Shown: positions 11,300-19,473 of the stretch, one piece after another
Position numbering within the stretch: the first letter of the stretch is position 1
How the letters are laid out: the number at the start of each line of letters is the position of its first letter
From: Planctomycetota bacterium
Lineage (GTDB): Bacteria > Planctomycetota > Planctomycetia > JALXBF01
DNA: 61,790 nt
Assembly: GCA_026991575.1 (NCBI GenBank)
Contig: JALXBF010000087.1
Span: forward strand, 1-61,790
Reading direction: 5' to 3'
The notes under the pieces: generated by a model
The model's input: only the letters and a program-made list of their open reading frames with translations
What the model was told of the DNA's origin: nothing
Databases searched by the model: none
Position numbers and translations under genes: made by a program

Positions 11300-11851
11300 A
11301 TGGTTCGGCAGATACCGCCAACGCACCCGCTCGGGCGGTTATTCGCAGCACTCACGGAACACACGTTTATCGGCGAACTTGGCATCGCAGACCCGAGATT
11401 AATCGACTACATCTCCCGGCTCTTGCTCCGCTTCGTCCACATGGACGCGATCTTCCCGTTCCGTTCGCTGGCAGGCAAGCGGCTGGAGGAGGTGGCGGAG
11501 ATGTTGGCCGAGGCTGAGGAGGAGAACCGCTCAGCAGCCTCAACTCGCGAGCTCCATCGCCACATCGGCGACTTCACGCTGTTCTGGAGCGGCGTCTACC
11601 CGGAAGCCCTCAAGTGGCTGCGGGCACCGACCCGCAAGGACCACCTTGTCGACTACTGCGCCCAGGGGAAGCGGTCTTACTGGATTGCCAGCCAGTACGA
11701 CGATGAGCCGTATCGCCAGGAAGCCCCCGTGCTGCGGCGGCTCAGTGAGCAGTTCGAGCTGTGCGTCTACGGGCTGCATCGTGTACGGCAGGAGTGGGAG
11801 CAGCTTGATCAGAGCGGGGCGGCGTCGTTTCGCCGACGGCTGATCCAGTAG
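11300..11851 (+). CDS. Conserved hypothetical protein
   Basis: Protein-like composition, HIGDFTLFWSGVYPE and GKRSY segments, plausible RBS. Confidence 0.75.
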   Translation: MVRQIPPTHPLGRLFAALTEHTFIGELGIADPRLIDYISRLLLRFVHMDAIFPFRSLAGKRLEEVAEMLAEAEEENRSAASTRELHRHIGDFTLFWSGVYPEALKWLRAPTRKDHLVDYCAQGKRSYWIASQYDDEPYRQEAPVLRRLSEQFELCVYGLHRVRQEWEQLDQSGAASFRRRLIQ

Positions 11852-11984
11852 GGCTCCTGGTCCAAGAGGGCTGTCCCATCGAGCGATACGTCCGCCGACC
11901 GGTGGTTGCGGGAATGGCCAACGGCGCGGGCAGCCTTCTGCCCGCGCCGTTGGGCATGGTGTTGATCGCTTTCGGCAGCGGCCG

Positions 11985-13394
11985 CTAAGACCGTGCGGCG
12001 ACCTTCTGCGTGTTCGGCAAGTACTCGCGGTCTGTGACGATGCCGGGCATCGGCACCGGGTAGCGACCGTGCTCGTCCGGCACGACCGGCGGTGCCTTGT
12101 CGTAGTCGAGCTTGTCCACGTCGGGCGCGAACTCGTAGCCGATCTTCAGGTACTCGTCCACCGTGATCTTGCGGCCGGTATGGCACGCGAAGCGGCCGAC
12201 TGCGCAGAGCAAGCTGGCCATCGCCCCGCGGTGCACTTCGCTGTATGGCTTGTCCTGGCGGATCGCTTCGATGAGATCGTCCCACTCGGTCTGGTATGGA
12301 TTCGGTTCCTTGCGGCCGAACTTCCAGACCACCTTGTCGCGATCCGGGCTCTGGCCCTTGTAGATGCGGCTACGGGCAGGGTAGTGTGCCGAAGTCGACA
12401 CGCGCGCCAGCCCCTTGGTGCCGTGTACCCAGGTGGCGAACTCGTTGTAGCAGCCCGGCATGCAGCGGCCGTAAAGCAGCAACTTGGTGCCATCGGCCCA
12501 GGTGTACTCGGTGACGTATGTGTCGAAGTTCTGGTCGACGTAGTCCTCCCGATAATGGCGGCCACCGAAGCCTTTGGCCTCTACCGGGAATTCCCCTTTC
12601 ATCCAGCAGGCTTCGTCGAGGTTATGGATGAGGAAGTCGCTGAATGCGCCGCCGCTAGCCCACAGGAACGCGTGGAACTTGCGGATCTGGTACTCAAGGT
12701 CGCTCTTGCCCGTGGTGTTCTTCTTCACGAACGCGCTGCCGGTTGGCCCAACCACGCGGTAGGCGCGAGCCAAGATAATCTCGCCAATCTCGCCGTTGTG
12801 CACCCGATCGGCCAGTTCCATGCGGCAGCGGCAATGGCGGCACATCAGCCCGACGGCAACCTTCAGGTTCCGCTTTTCGGCCTCTTTGCCCAGCTCGATC
12901 ATGCGCTGCGACGTGGGGCCATCGACGGAGATCGGCTTTTCCATGAAAACATGCAGCCCCTTCTGGATGGCGTAGCTGAAGTGCACCCAGCGGAATGCCG
13001 GCGGCGTCGCGAAGATGACGACATCGCCCGGGCGCAGACAGTCCATCGCCTTCTTGTACGCGTCGAACCCGACAAACCGGCGCTCCGGCGGCACGTCCAT
13101 CTTGTCGCTGAAGCGATGCTCCAGCTGCCTGTAGCTGCCGGCCAGCCGATCCTCGAAGACGTCGGCCATGGCCACCAGCTTCACCGGACCGTTCTTGACG
13201 CTCATGGCATTGGCCGCCGCGCCGGTGCCGCGACCGCCACAACCGACTAAGGCCACCTGGATCGTGTTGTCTTCGCCAGCGTGGACGAACGGCACGCTCA
13301 TGCCGGCAAACGCCGAAGCACCGGCGACCGTCCCTGCCGTAGCCAGGAATTGGCGGCGCGACGCTTTCGGGGCGGGGGATTGCTTCTCGGACAT
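11985..13394 (-). CDS. Tat-exported Gfo/Idh/MocA oxidoreductase
   Basis: SRRQFL twin-arginine motif, LVGCGGRGTGA, ATPP, MEKP, IHNLD. Confidence 0.9.
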   Translation of the reverse strand: MSEKQSPAPKASRRQFLATAGTVAGASAFAGMSVPFVHAGEDNTIQVALVGCGGRGTGAAANAMSVKNGPVKLVAMADVFEDRLAGSYRQLEHRFSDKMDVPPERRFVGFDAYKKAMDCLRPGDVVIFATPPAFRWVHFSYAIQKGLHVFMEKPISVDGPTSQRMIELGKEAEKRNLKVAVGLMCRHCRCRMELADRVHNGEIGEIILARAYRVVGPTGSAFVKKNTTGKSDLEYQIRKFHAFLWASGGAFSDFLIHNLDEACWMKGEFPVEAKGFGGRHYREDYVDQNFDTYVTEYTWADGTKLLLYGRCMPGCYNEFATWVHGTKGLARVSTSAHYPARSRIYKGQSPDRDKVVWKFGRKEPNPYQTEWDDLIEAIRQDKPYSEVHRGAMASLLCAVGRFACHTGRKITVDEYLKIGYEFAPDVDKLDYDKAPPVVPDEHGRYPVPMPGIVTDREYLPNTQKVAARS

Positions 13395-13448
13395 TGGCTA
13401 TTCTCCTGCTTAGACCAACCCTGACACCACAGACAAAAAGAGGCGGGA

Positions 13449-13457
13449 TTCTAGCAG
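13449..13457 (-). promoter_or_regulatory. Extended -10 promoter for the oxidoreductase
   Basis: Minus strand TGCTAGAAT (TGn-TAGAAT) 55 bp upstream of the ATG. Confidence 0.45.
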
Positions 13458-13543
13458 TTAGTATGCACAAAATCGGTGTAGCTGGCAACCGGCAGTGCCG
13501 GTGCGGGTCCGCCTAGGCTCTTGCATCCGGTCTACTCTTGGGG

Positions 13544-13775
13544 GGCTCGCCGCATGTGCTAGCGAGAAGTCGATGGAGACGCTCCCCACGCGACTGGGGC
13601 ATCTCCCGGACCCGGAGGCTCGTACCGCGGGCCACTTGCTTGAGCGGGCGGGGGGTTCGGCCCCGCCGCCCGCAGGGCTGTCGAACAGCGCGGCGGGTTG
13701 AGGGAACGTCTTCTTCGGCCGTGCCGCGGACGCACCTCAACCAACATCCGACCGGGGGGCGTAAAGCCCCCCCGG
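13544..13775 (+). ncRNA. Candidate structured ncRNA or cis-regulatory RNA (family unassigned)
   Basis: Closing stem 13544-13553/13690-13699 encloses hairpins 13575-13606, 13617-13633 and 13644-13673. Further hairpins at 13696-13742 and 13752-13775; TACTCT at 13533-13538; no credible ORF. Confidence 0.45.
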
Positions 13776-13966
13776 CCCGTGGGAACCAGGCTGCCCGACC
13801 AGTTCGTGTCCCGCTTGGCCGGCCACCACGGCGACGCCGGGCACCAACCCAGCCGGTGACACGACCCGACGCTGAACGACCGCGTGGCAAAAGGCTCCAT
13901 CGGCGCGGCCTACAATGGCCACGATCACATGCGGTTGATAACGGAGCCGGGCCGAACGAGGGTACT

Positions 13967-14506
13967 ATGCCGACGGTGGGCCGGATCCTGGTGGACGAAG
14001 TGCAGATCAAGCGGCGTGTGGATGAGCTGGCCGCTGAGTTGGGCAGCGCCTTCCAGAGCCGCCAGCCGATGACTGTGCTTGCCGTGCTGACGGGCAGCTT
14101 CATCTTCGTGGCCGACCTGTGCCGTCGTCTGCAGATCCCGCACCGCATCGGCGTCGTGCGCGCCTCAAGCTACCGCGGTGCCACGGTCGACCCGAGCGAC
14201 CTGCACACCGACCTGTCCCTGGCGCCGGACGTCCGCGGCCGCCATGTGCTGCTGGTCGACGACATCCTGGACACGGGTGCTACGCTGGCTCGCTTGGTCC
14301 GAGAAATCGCCGCCCTGCAGCCAGCCTCCATCACGACGGCCGTGTTGCTTCGCAAGATCGGCAGGCAGACGGTTCCGATCGAGCCGGACTACGTCGGCTT
14401 CGACATCCCGGACCTGTTCGTCGTCGGGTATGGCCTGGACTATAACGACGACTACCGCCATCTGCCCTACATTGCTGCTCTGGAACAAGAGACTGCGGCA
14501 ACCTGA
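13967..14506 (+). CDS. hpt: Hypoxanthine phosphoribosyltransferase
   Basis: VLTGSFIFVADL, SSY, VLLVDDILDTGATL, FVVGYGLDY; TACAAT at 13911-13916 upstream. Confidence 0.95.
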   Translation: MPTVGRILVDEVQIKRRVDELAAELGSAFQSRQPMTVLAVLTGSFIFVADLCRRLQIPHRIGVVRASSYRGATVDPSDLHTDLSLAPDVRGRHVLLVDDILDTGATLARLVREIAALQPASITTAVLLRKIGRQTVPIEPDYVGFDIPDLFVVGYGLDYNDDYRHLPYIAALEQETAAT

Positions 14507-14512
14507 GCGGTG

Positions 14513-15244
14513 CTAAAAGGTGGCCAGGGGGTCTTTTAGCAGCAGCGGCGTGCGCAGGGCAAACGGCTCGGCGTGTGTCGTGCGTGCAAGCCATCCCCAG
14601 TACCGTGCGGCAACCTCTAGATCCTCCGCCGTCACCGGCACGTCGGGACCGCGCACCGCAGGGTCCAGCTGCGACCGGTAGCAGCGCAGTGCGGCCAGCT
14701 TGGTGGCAACTGTCTTGCTGATGTCGACCAGGAACGCGGGCCGGTGAGCGTCGCGGAGGTGGATCGAGTAGTAGTAGACGATCCGTTGCACGCGATGTGG
14801 CTCGCCCGGTATGTCGCTGCGGCTGAGCCGCGCCCAGAAGCAGGCCGCCTCACCGAGCTGTGCGCCGGCCACGTGGTCCGGGTGGTAGTCGACCCAGTAG
14901 GGCAGCGCGACGGTGCGGGGGCGCAGGCGGCGAATCCATCCGGCCAGCAGCCAGCGAGCCTCCAGGTCAGGGACCACGGCCCGGTTGCGCAGCCCCAGGC
15001 AGCCGCGCCAGCAGACGCCGAGCACTTCGGCCGCCTCACGCGCCTCCTGCAGCCGCCGCGGTGGGTCCCCGACCGGAGTGGGCTCACCGTCCGTCAGGTC
15101 CAGGATGCCGACCCGCCGGCCACGCTGCGCCAGCAGCGCCATGGTCCCCCCCATGCCGATCTCCGCATCGTCCGGGTGGGGTGAGATGACAAGCAGATCG
15201 ACGGGGCCGGAACCGAACAGTAACCGAAAGCCGCCTTCGGTCAC
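14513..15244 (-). CDS. PIG-L/LmbE-family N-acetyl sugar deacetylase (BshB1-like)
   Basis: PHPDDAEIGMGGT, DLTDGE, HPDH, YRSQ. Confidence 0.85.
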   Translation of the reverse strand: MTEGGFRLLFGSGPVDLLVISPHPDDAEIGMGGTMALLAQRGRRVGILDLTDGEPTPVGDPPRRLQEAREAAEVLGVCWRGCLGLRNRAVVPDLEARWLLAGWIRRLRPRTVALPYWVDYHPDHVAGAQLGEAACFWARLSRSDIPGEPHRVQRIVYYYSIHLRDAHRPAFLVDISKTVATKLAALRCYRSQLDPAVRGPDVPVTAEDLEVAARYWGWLARTTHAEPFALRTPLLLKDPLATF

Positions 15245-15936
15245 GGCGCCGACTCCCGCACAAGCCGTTCACGCAACGTGTCCAGGATTTGTGCCGTGCG
15301 GCTGGCCCCAATGCGGCTCGCTCCCGCCTGCCGCATCGCTAGCAGCGCATCCAGTGTCCGAATGCCTCCGGCCGCCTTTACCTGCACGTGTGTCCCCACG
15401 TTCTCTCTCATCAAGCGGACGTCCTCGACAGTGGCCCCGGCAGAGCCGTAGCCGGTGGAGGTCTTCACGAAGTGGACGCCCAGGTCGGTGCAGATGCGGC
15501 ATAGCTCGATCTTGTGCGCGCGCTCCAGGTAGCAGTTCTCGAAGATCACCTTCAGGATCGCCGATCCGCTCTGACAGAGCCTCAGCACCGCTTCGATGTC
15601 CTCCGCGACAAACCGCCAGTCACCGCTGAGCACCTTGCCAATGTTGCAGACCATGTCCAGCTCTGTGGCCCCGTCGGCCAGCGCCTGCTCCGCTTCAAAG
15701 ACCTTGACCGCCGTCTTGTGCCCCCCGTGCGGAAAGCCGACCGTCGTACCCACGGCCACGCCCGTGCCGCGCAGCAGCTCGGCGGCGCGCGCGACGAAAT
15801 AAGGCTTGATGCAAACGCTGGCAACACCGTAATCAGCCGCTAACCGGCAGCCGGCTTCAAGCTGCTCGTCCGTCAGCACCGGCTGCAGCAGTGAGTGGTC
15901 GATCATCTTGGCAATCTGCTCGTAGCTCACCACCAT
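15241..15936 (-). CDS. deoC: Deoxyribose-phosphate aldolase
   Basis: IDHSLL, VGFPHG, ELDMV, LKVIFE, FVKTSTG, VKAAGGIR, RIGAS. Confidence 0.95.
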   Translation of the reverse strand: MVVSYEQIAKMIDHSLLQPVLTDEQLEAGCRLAADYGVASVCIKPYFVARAAELLRGTGVAVGTTVGFPHGGHKTAVKVFEAEQALADGATELDMVCNIGKVLSGDWRFVAEDIEAVLRLCQSGSAILKVIFENCYLERAHKIELCRICTDLGVHFVKTSTGYGSAGATVEDVRLMRENVGTHVQVKAAGGIRTLDALLAMRQAGASRIGASRTAQILDTLRERLVRESAP

Positions 15937-15956
15937 GGCATGCCCCCGCAGTGGGC

Positions 15957-17252
15957 TTACGCGTCACGGAGGTAGCGGTCGAAGAAGGCGAACGCCTCCG
16001 CTTGCATTTCCCGGTTAAAGCGATGCGGCACAGGGTAGTAGGAGCAGCCGAATCGGTCCGCGGCACCGGCTTTGGCATACACGGCGCGTAGGATCTGTTC
16101 TGCTCGCTTCATTTCCGGAAGTGTAAACAGGAAATCCTTCTCACAGTTCAGCACCAACGCCGGCTTGGGCACCATAAGCCCCAGGATCTCGGGATAGTCA
16201 AGGTAGCGCGGAAGATGGGGGATGTAGATCATCCACGTATGCGTAAAGCACTTGTTCAGAAGATAGTCGCGCCAGGTGGTCATCATGCCCACGCAACAGG
16301 CACACCGGATTCGCTGATCCAGACCGCTGAGATAAACGGTGCGCAGGCCACCGCCGCTCAGTCCGGCGCAGCCGATGCGACCGGCATCGACGTCAGACCG
16401 GGAGCACAGGTATTCCAGCGCACACTGGTCTTCGTACGTGAAAACGCCCGGCCAGGTGATGCCCGCGCAGAACAGACTCTTTGCCACCAGGTGCTCATGC
16501 TCGGCGGCAAACCGGTTATAACGGCGGATCTGGTCGTCGGAGTCGGGGTCCACTTCGTCCAGGTCACCGACTCCGAGTCGGCGGCGCACGATCTCGGGGA
16601 TGTCCTTCAGCCGCACACGGCGACTGCCGAACAGGAAGGTATCGTGCACGAGGACCGCATAGCCGCGCTTGGCCAATTCATTAGCCCACGCGACCCCTCC
16701 GTAGTAGAAGTCTTGATGCTTGCGCATCAGAGGGTGCTGGTGCGGCACCCGGGTGATCTTTTCCTTGCCAAAGTACTTGACACCACCGTGGTCATGCAGT
16801 GCCAGCACGGCCGGCAACCGGCCCGTGTGGCCGGCCGGCTTCAGAAAGAGTGCCTCCGTTGCCGGTCCGTATGGCAGCTGCCACCGCAACCGCTCGATCG
16901 CCACCCCCTCGTACTCCAGCTCCTCCACCACCGTGGCCTGCGGCGTATATGGTTTGGCGGGCTGGGCGAGTAAATCGACGTAGTGCCTGTAGGCCACGCG
17001 GCGCCAGGCGTCCAGATCGCGCCACTGGGGCCGCCGGAACGATGCCAGCGGCAGCTCATCGCTCACCAGCACCGCCGCCCACGGCCCGTACGCGCCGAGC
17101 ATGTTGGGTGCCACACCTGAAGCCACAGCAATCGCCCCGAACGTCACCTCACCCGAAGCCGGCCCGCCTGATCCACGGACCAGTGCCGGGCCAGCCGCTA
17201 GCGATGCCATCTGCCAGAGAAACTCGCGACGCGACGCAGAAGCCTCGCCCAT
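15957..17252 (-). CDS. Tat-exported alpha/beta hydrolase (dienelactone hydrolase/acetyl xylan esterase-like)
   Basis: SRREFL, PAVLALHDHGG, GLSGGG nucleophile elbow, Asp and His downstream. Confidence 0.85.
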   Translation of the reverse strand: MGEASASRREFLWQMASLAAGPALVRGSGGPASGEVTFGAIAVASGVAPNMLGAYGPWAAVLVSDELPLASFRRPQWRDLDAWRRVAYRHYVDLLAQPAKPYTPQATVVEELEYEGVAIERLRWQLPYGPATEALFLKPAGHTGRLPAVLALHDHGGVKYFGKEKITRVPHQHPLMRKHQDFYYGGVAWANELAKRGYAVLVHDTFLFGSRRVRLKDIPEIVRRRLGVGDLDEVDPDSDDQIRRYNRFAAEHEHLVAKSLFCAGITWPGVFTYEDQCALEYLCSRSDVDAGRIGCAGLSGGGLRTVYLSGLDQRIRCACCVGMMTTWRDYLLNKCFTHTWMIYIPHLPRYLDYPEILGLMVPKPALVLNCEKDFLFTLPEMKRAEQILRAVYAKAGAADRFGCSYYPVPHRFNREMQAEAFAFFDRYLRDA

Positions 17253-17361
17253 CCCGCGCACCTCAACTTCCGGTTTGCCCGATTGTAGCGATCGGTGCAC
17301 CGCGGCGGTTGAGCCGGTGGTGTCCTACAGGCTACACTATCTTGGTAACTGGCGCCGGCCC

Positions 17362-18441
17362 ATGAGCAGTCATCCGCACGCACAACGATCTGACTCTGGT
17401 CGGGAAGCGGGACAGCAACCGCTTGTGCCACGTCAGCAAGAGGCTAGTGGACCACGGGTCCCACCCGCCAGCACTGACCCGAGCGGTGTGACCCAGCCGG
17501 CAGATGGGCTGGAAGCGGCACCGCCTGCCGCGCTGGAGAGCACTGAGTGCGCGCCACCGGAGCCTTCGGTCCGGGTCGAGGCTGACCTGACGACTTCGTC
17601 CGACCACGCCTGGACCAGCGGCTTGCACGTCGGGCGCTACCAGCTGGAGCGGCTCATTGGCCGCGGCAGCTGTGGCGAAGTCTGGGCAGCGCGTGATCCG
17701 GTGCTTGGCCGACCCGTGGCCATCAAGCTGCCGCGGCCGCAGCGGATCCGCCAGTGTCCCTGGCTTCCGCACGCCATCTGGTCCGAAGCGCGGATCGCCG
17801 CGCGCGCCGCTTCGCTGAACTGCTGCGTCCCGGTCTACGACTTCGGCTGGGACGACGGGACCACGGTCTACATCGTGATGCAGCTGATGGAAGTCAGCGT
17901 CGCCGAGCTGATGGCCAACGGGCCATTGCCCGTGCCGGTCGCCTGTCGGCTGACGTACGCGGTCGCTCGCCGCCTGCACCGAGCCCACCTGGAAGGGCTC
18001 GTCCACTGCGACCTCAAACCGTCCAACCTGCTGCTGGACACGAACGGCGATCCGTACCCATCCGACTTCAGCACGACGATGCCACGGGCGCTGCTGGCCG
18101 CGGAGCGTGAGCTGTTCGTGGGCACGTTGCCGTACATGGCCCCGGAACAGCTCGAGGGGCGCGCCTTCGAATACGACTGCCGCACGGATTGCTACGGGTT
18201 AGCCGTCGTGCTTTATGAGATGATCGCCGGTCAGCGGCCATTTCACGGCGAGACTCCTGAGGAGCTGGTCGTTGCGATCCGCCGGGGCAAGATCAAACCG
18301 CTGGCAGAGCTGAACCGCGACGTGCCCGATCAGCTGGACCGGGTCGTGCGTGCCGCCCTGGGCTACTACCGCCACCAACGACCACCGGACCTGCGTGCCT
18401 TTGGCCAGGCGATCCGCCGATCCATCCGACCGCGCGGCTGA
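17362..18441 (+). CDS. Hanks-type Ser/Thr protein kinase (cytoplasmic, single domain)
   Basis: GRGSCGEV, VAIK, HCDLKPSN, DFS, GTLPYMAPE, D-C-Y-G-L. Confidence 0.85.
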   Translation: MSSHPHAQRSDSGREAGQQPLVPRQQEASGPRVPPASTDPSGVTQPADGLEAAPPAALESTECAPPEPSVRVEADLTTSSDHAWTSGLHVGRYQLERLIGRGSCGEVWAARDPVLGRPVAIKLPRPQRIRQCPWLPHAIWSEARIAARAASLNCCVPVYDFGWDDGTTVYIVMQLMEVSVAELMANGPLPVPVACRLTYAVARRLHRAHLEGLVHCDLKPSNLLLDTNGDPYPSDFSTTMPRALLAAERELFVGTLPYMAPEQLEGRAFEYDCRTDCYGLAVVLYEMIAGQRPFHGETPEELVVAIRRGKIKPLAELNRDVPDQLDRVVRAALGYYRHQRPPDLRAFGQAIRRSIRPRG

Positions 18442-18496
18442 CGCATCGTGCTGCGGGCGGCCTGGCTAAGCCCGGAAGCACCGGCATTTACGCAGG

Positions 18497-19450
18497 TCAC
18501 CTCGCGGAGCTTTCCTCCTCGTGCGCGGCGGGCCTCTTGGCACCGGCCCCCCCGCGTGCAGCCGTCAGGGTCTCTTTCAGGAACGCGACCATGCGCGGTG
18601 CCACACGGGGGTCAAACGGAGCCGTAATGTGACCGGCCCCCTCGATTAGCATCAGCTCCGCGCGCACGCCTACTGAGGACAGCTTCGCCACGTAGCGACG
18701 CACCGGCCCGACCGGCACCAGCCGATCCGCGGTGCCGTGGTAGCAGAGCGTCGGCGCATCGCCAGGATCGACGTGGCTGATCGGTGAGGCGCGCACGTAC
18801 AGCTCGGGCGCTTCTGCCCGCGTGCGTCCCAGCCAGTAGACGAGCCAGCGGGCACGGGGGGGCACCACCGTGAAGTCGCACGGGGTTCCGCCCGCAATCA
18901 CCGCCTGAACGCTGCTGTCACCAGGATGAGCAGGATCCTCGAACCCGTCCTCCGGGCCCGTTGTACCGAGCATGCACGCCAGGTGGGCGCCGGCGGAATA
19001 GCCGTAGGCGGCGACCCAGTCGGTTCGCAGGTTGTAGCGGGCGGCGTTGTTGCGAAGCCATACGACGGCCGCTTTGCAATCCAGCAACTGAGCAGGCCAC
19101 TTGTGCTCGGGGGCCAGCCGGTACTGGATGCAGAATGCGGCAAAGCCGGCCCGGGCCAGCGCGGCAGCATGCAAGGCAAGCTGGGCCTTGTTGCCCATCC
19201 GCCAGGCGCCTCCGTGGATGACCAGCACGGCCGGATGTAACCCGGGACCTTGCGGCACGTAGGCATCCAAGAACAGCTTCTCGCCGTCGCGCACCACGTA
19301 GGGCACGTTGAACTGCACCCGATACCGGCGCCGTGAACCGGCGCGGTCCTCGTCGGCGCCGGCAGCAACCGTGGCACCGCATATCCCGTACCAGATGGTG
19401 ATGGCCGTGACTAAGGTGACCGCCGCAAAGCTGCGTGCCGGCCAGCTCAT
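18497..19450 (-). CDS. Secreted alpha/beta hydrolase (HSL-like esterase)
   Basis: Signal peptide, IHGGAW, YRLAP, GYSAG, HGTAD, GAGH. Confidence 0.9.
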   Translation of the reverse strand: MSWPARSFAAVTLVTAITIWYGICGATVAAGADEDRAGSRRRYRVQFNVPYVVRDGEKLFLDAYVPQGPGLHPAVLVIHGGAWRMGNKAQLALHAAALARAGFAAFCIQYRLAPEHKWPAQLLDCKAAVVWLRNNAARYNLRTDWVAAYGYSAGAHLACMLGTTGPEDGFEDPAHPGDSSVQAVIAGGTPCDFTVVPPRARWLVYWLGRTRAEAPELYVRASPISHVDPGDAPTLCYHGTADRLVPVGPVRRYVAKLSSVGVRAELMLIEGAGHITAPFDPRVAPRMVAFLKETLTAARGGAGAKRPAAHEEESSAR

Positions 19451-19473
19451 CGCCCGCTCCCTCCGCGCGCTTG

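Noticed and set aside
13752..13775. Intrinsic terminator
   Set aside because: The stem is strong but there is no U-tract on either strand.
13544..13830. tmRNA, RNase P or SRP RNA identity for the hpt-upstream element
   Set aside because: The hallmark motifs (tRNA-like T-arm with acceptor stem, GAGGAAAGUCC, GGAA-tetraloop SRP helix) were not found.
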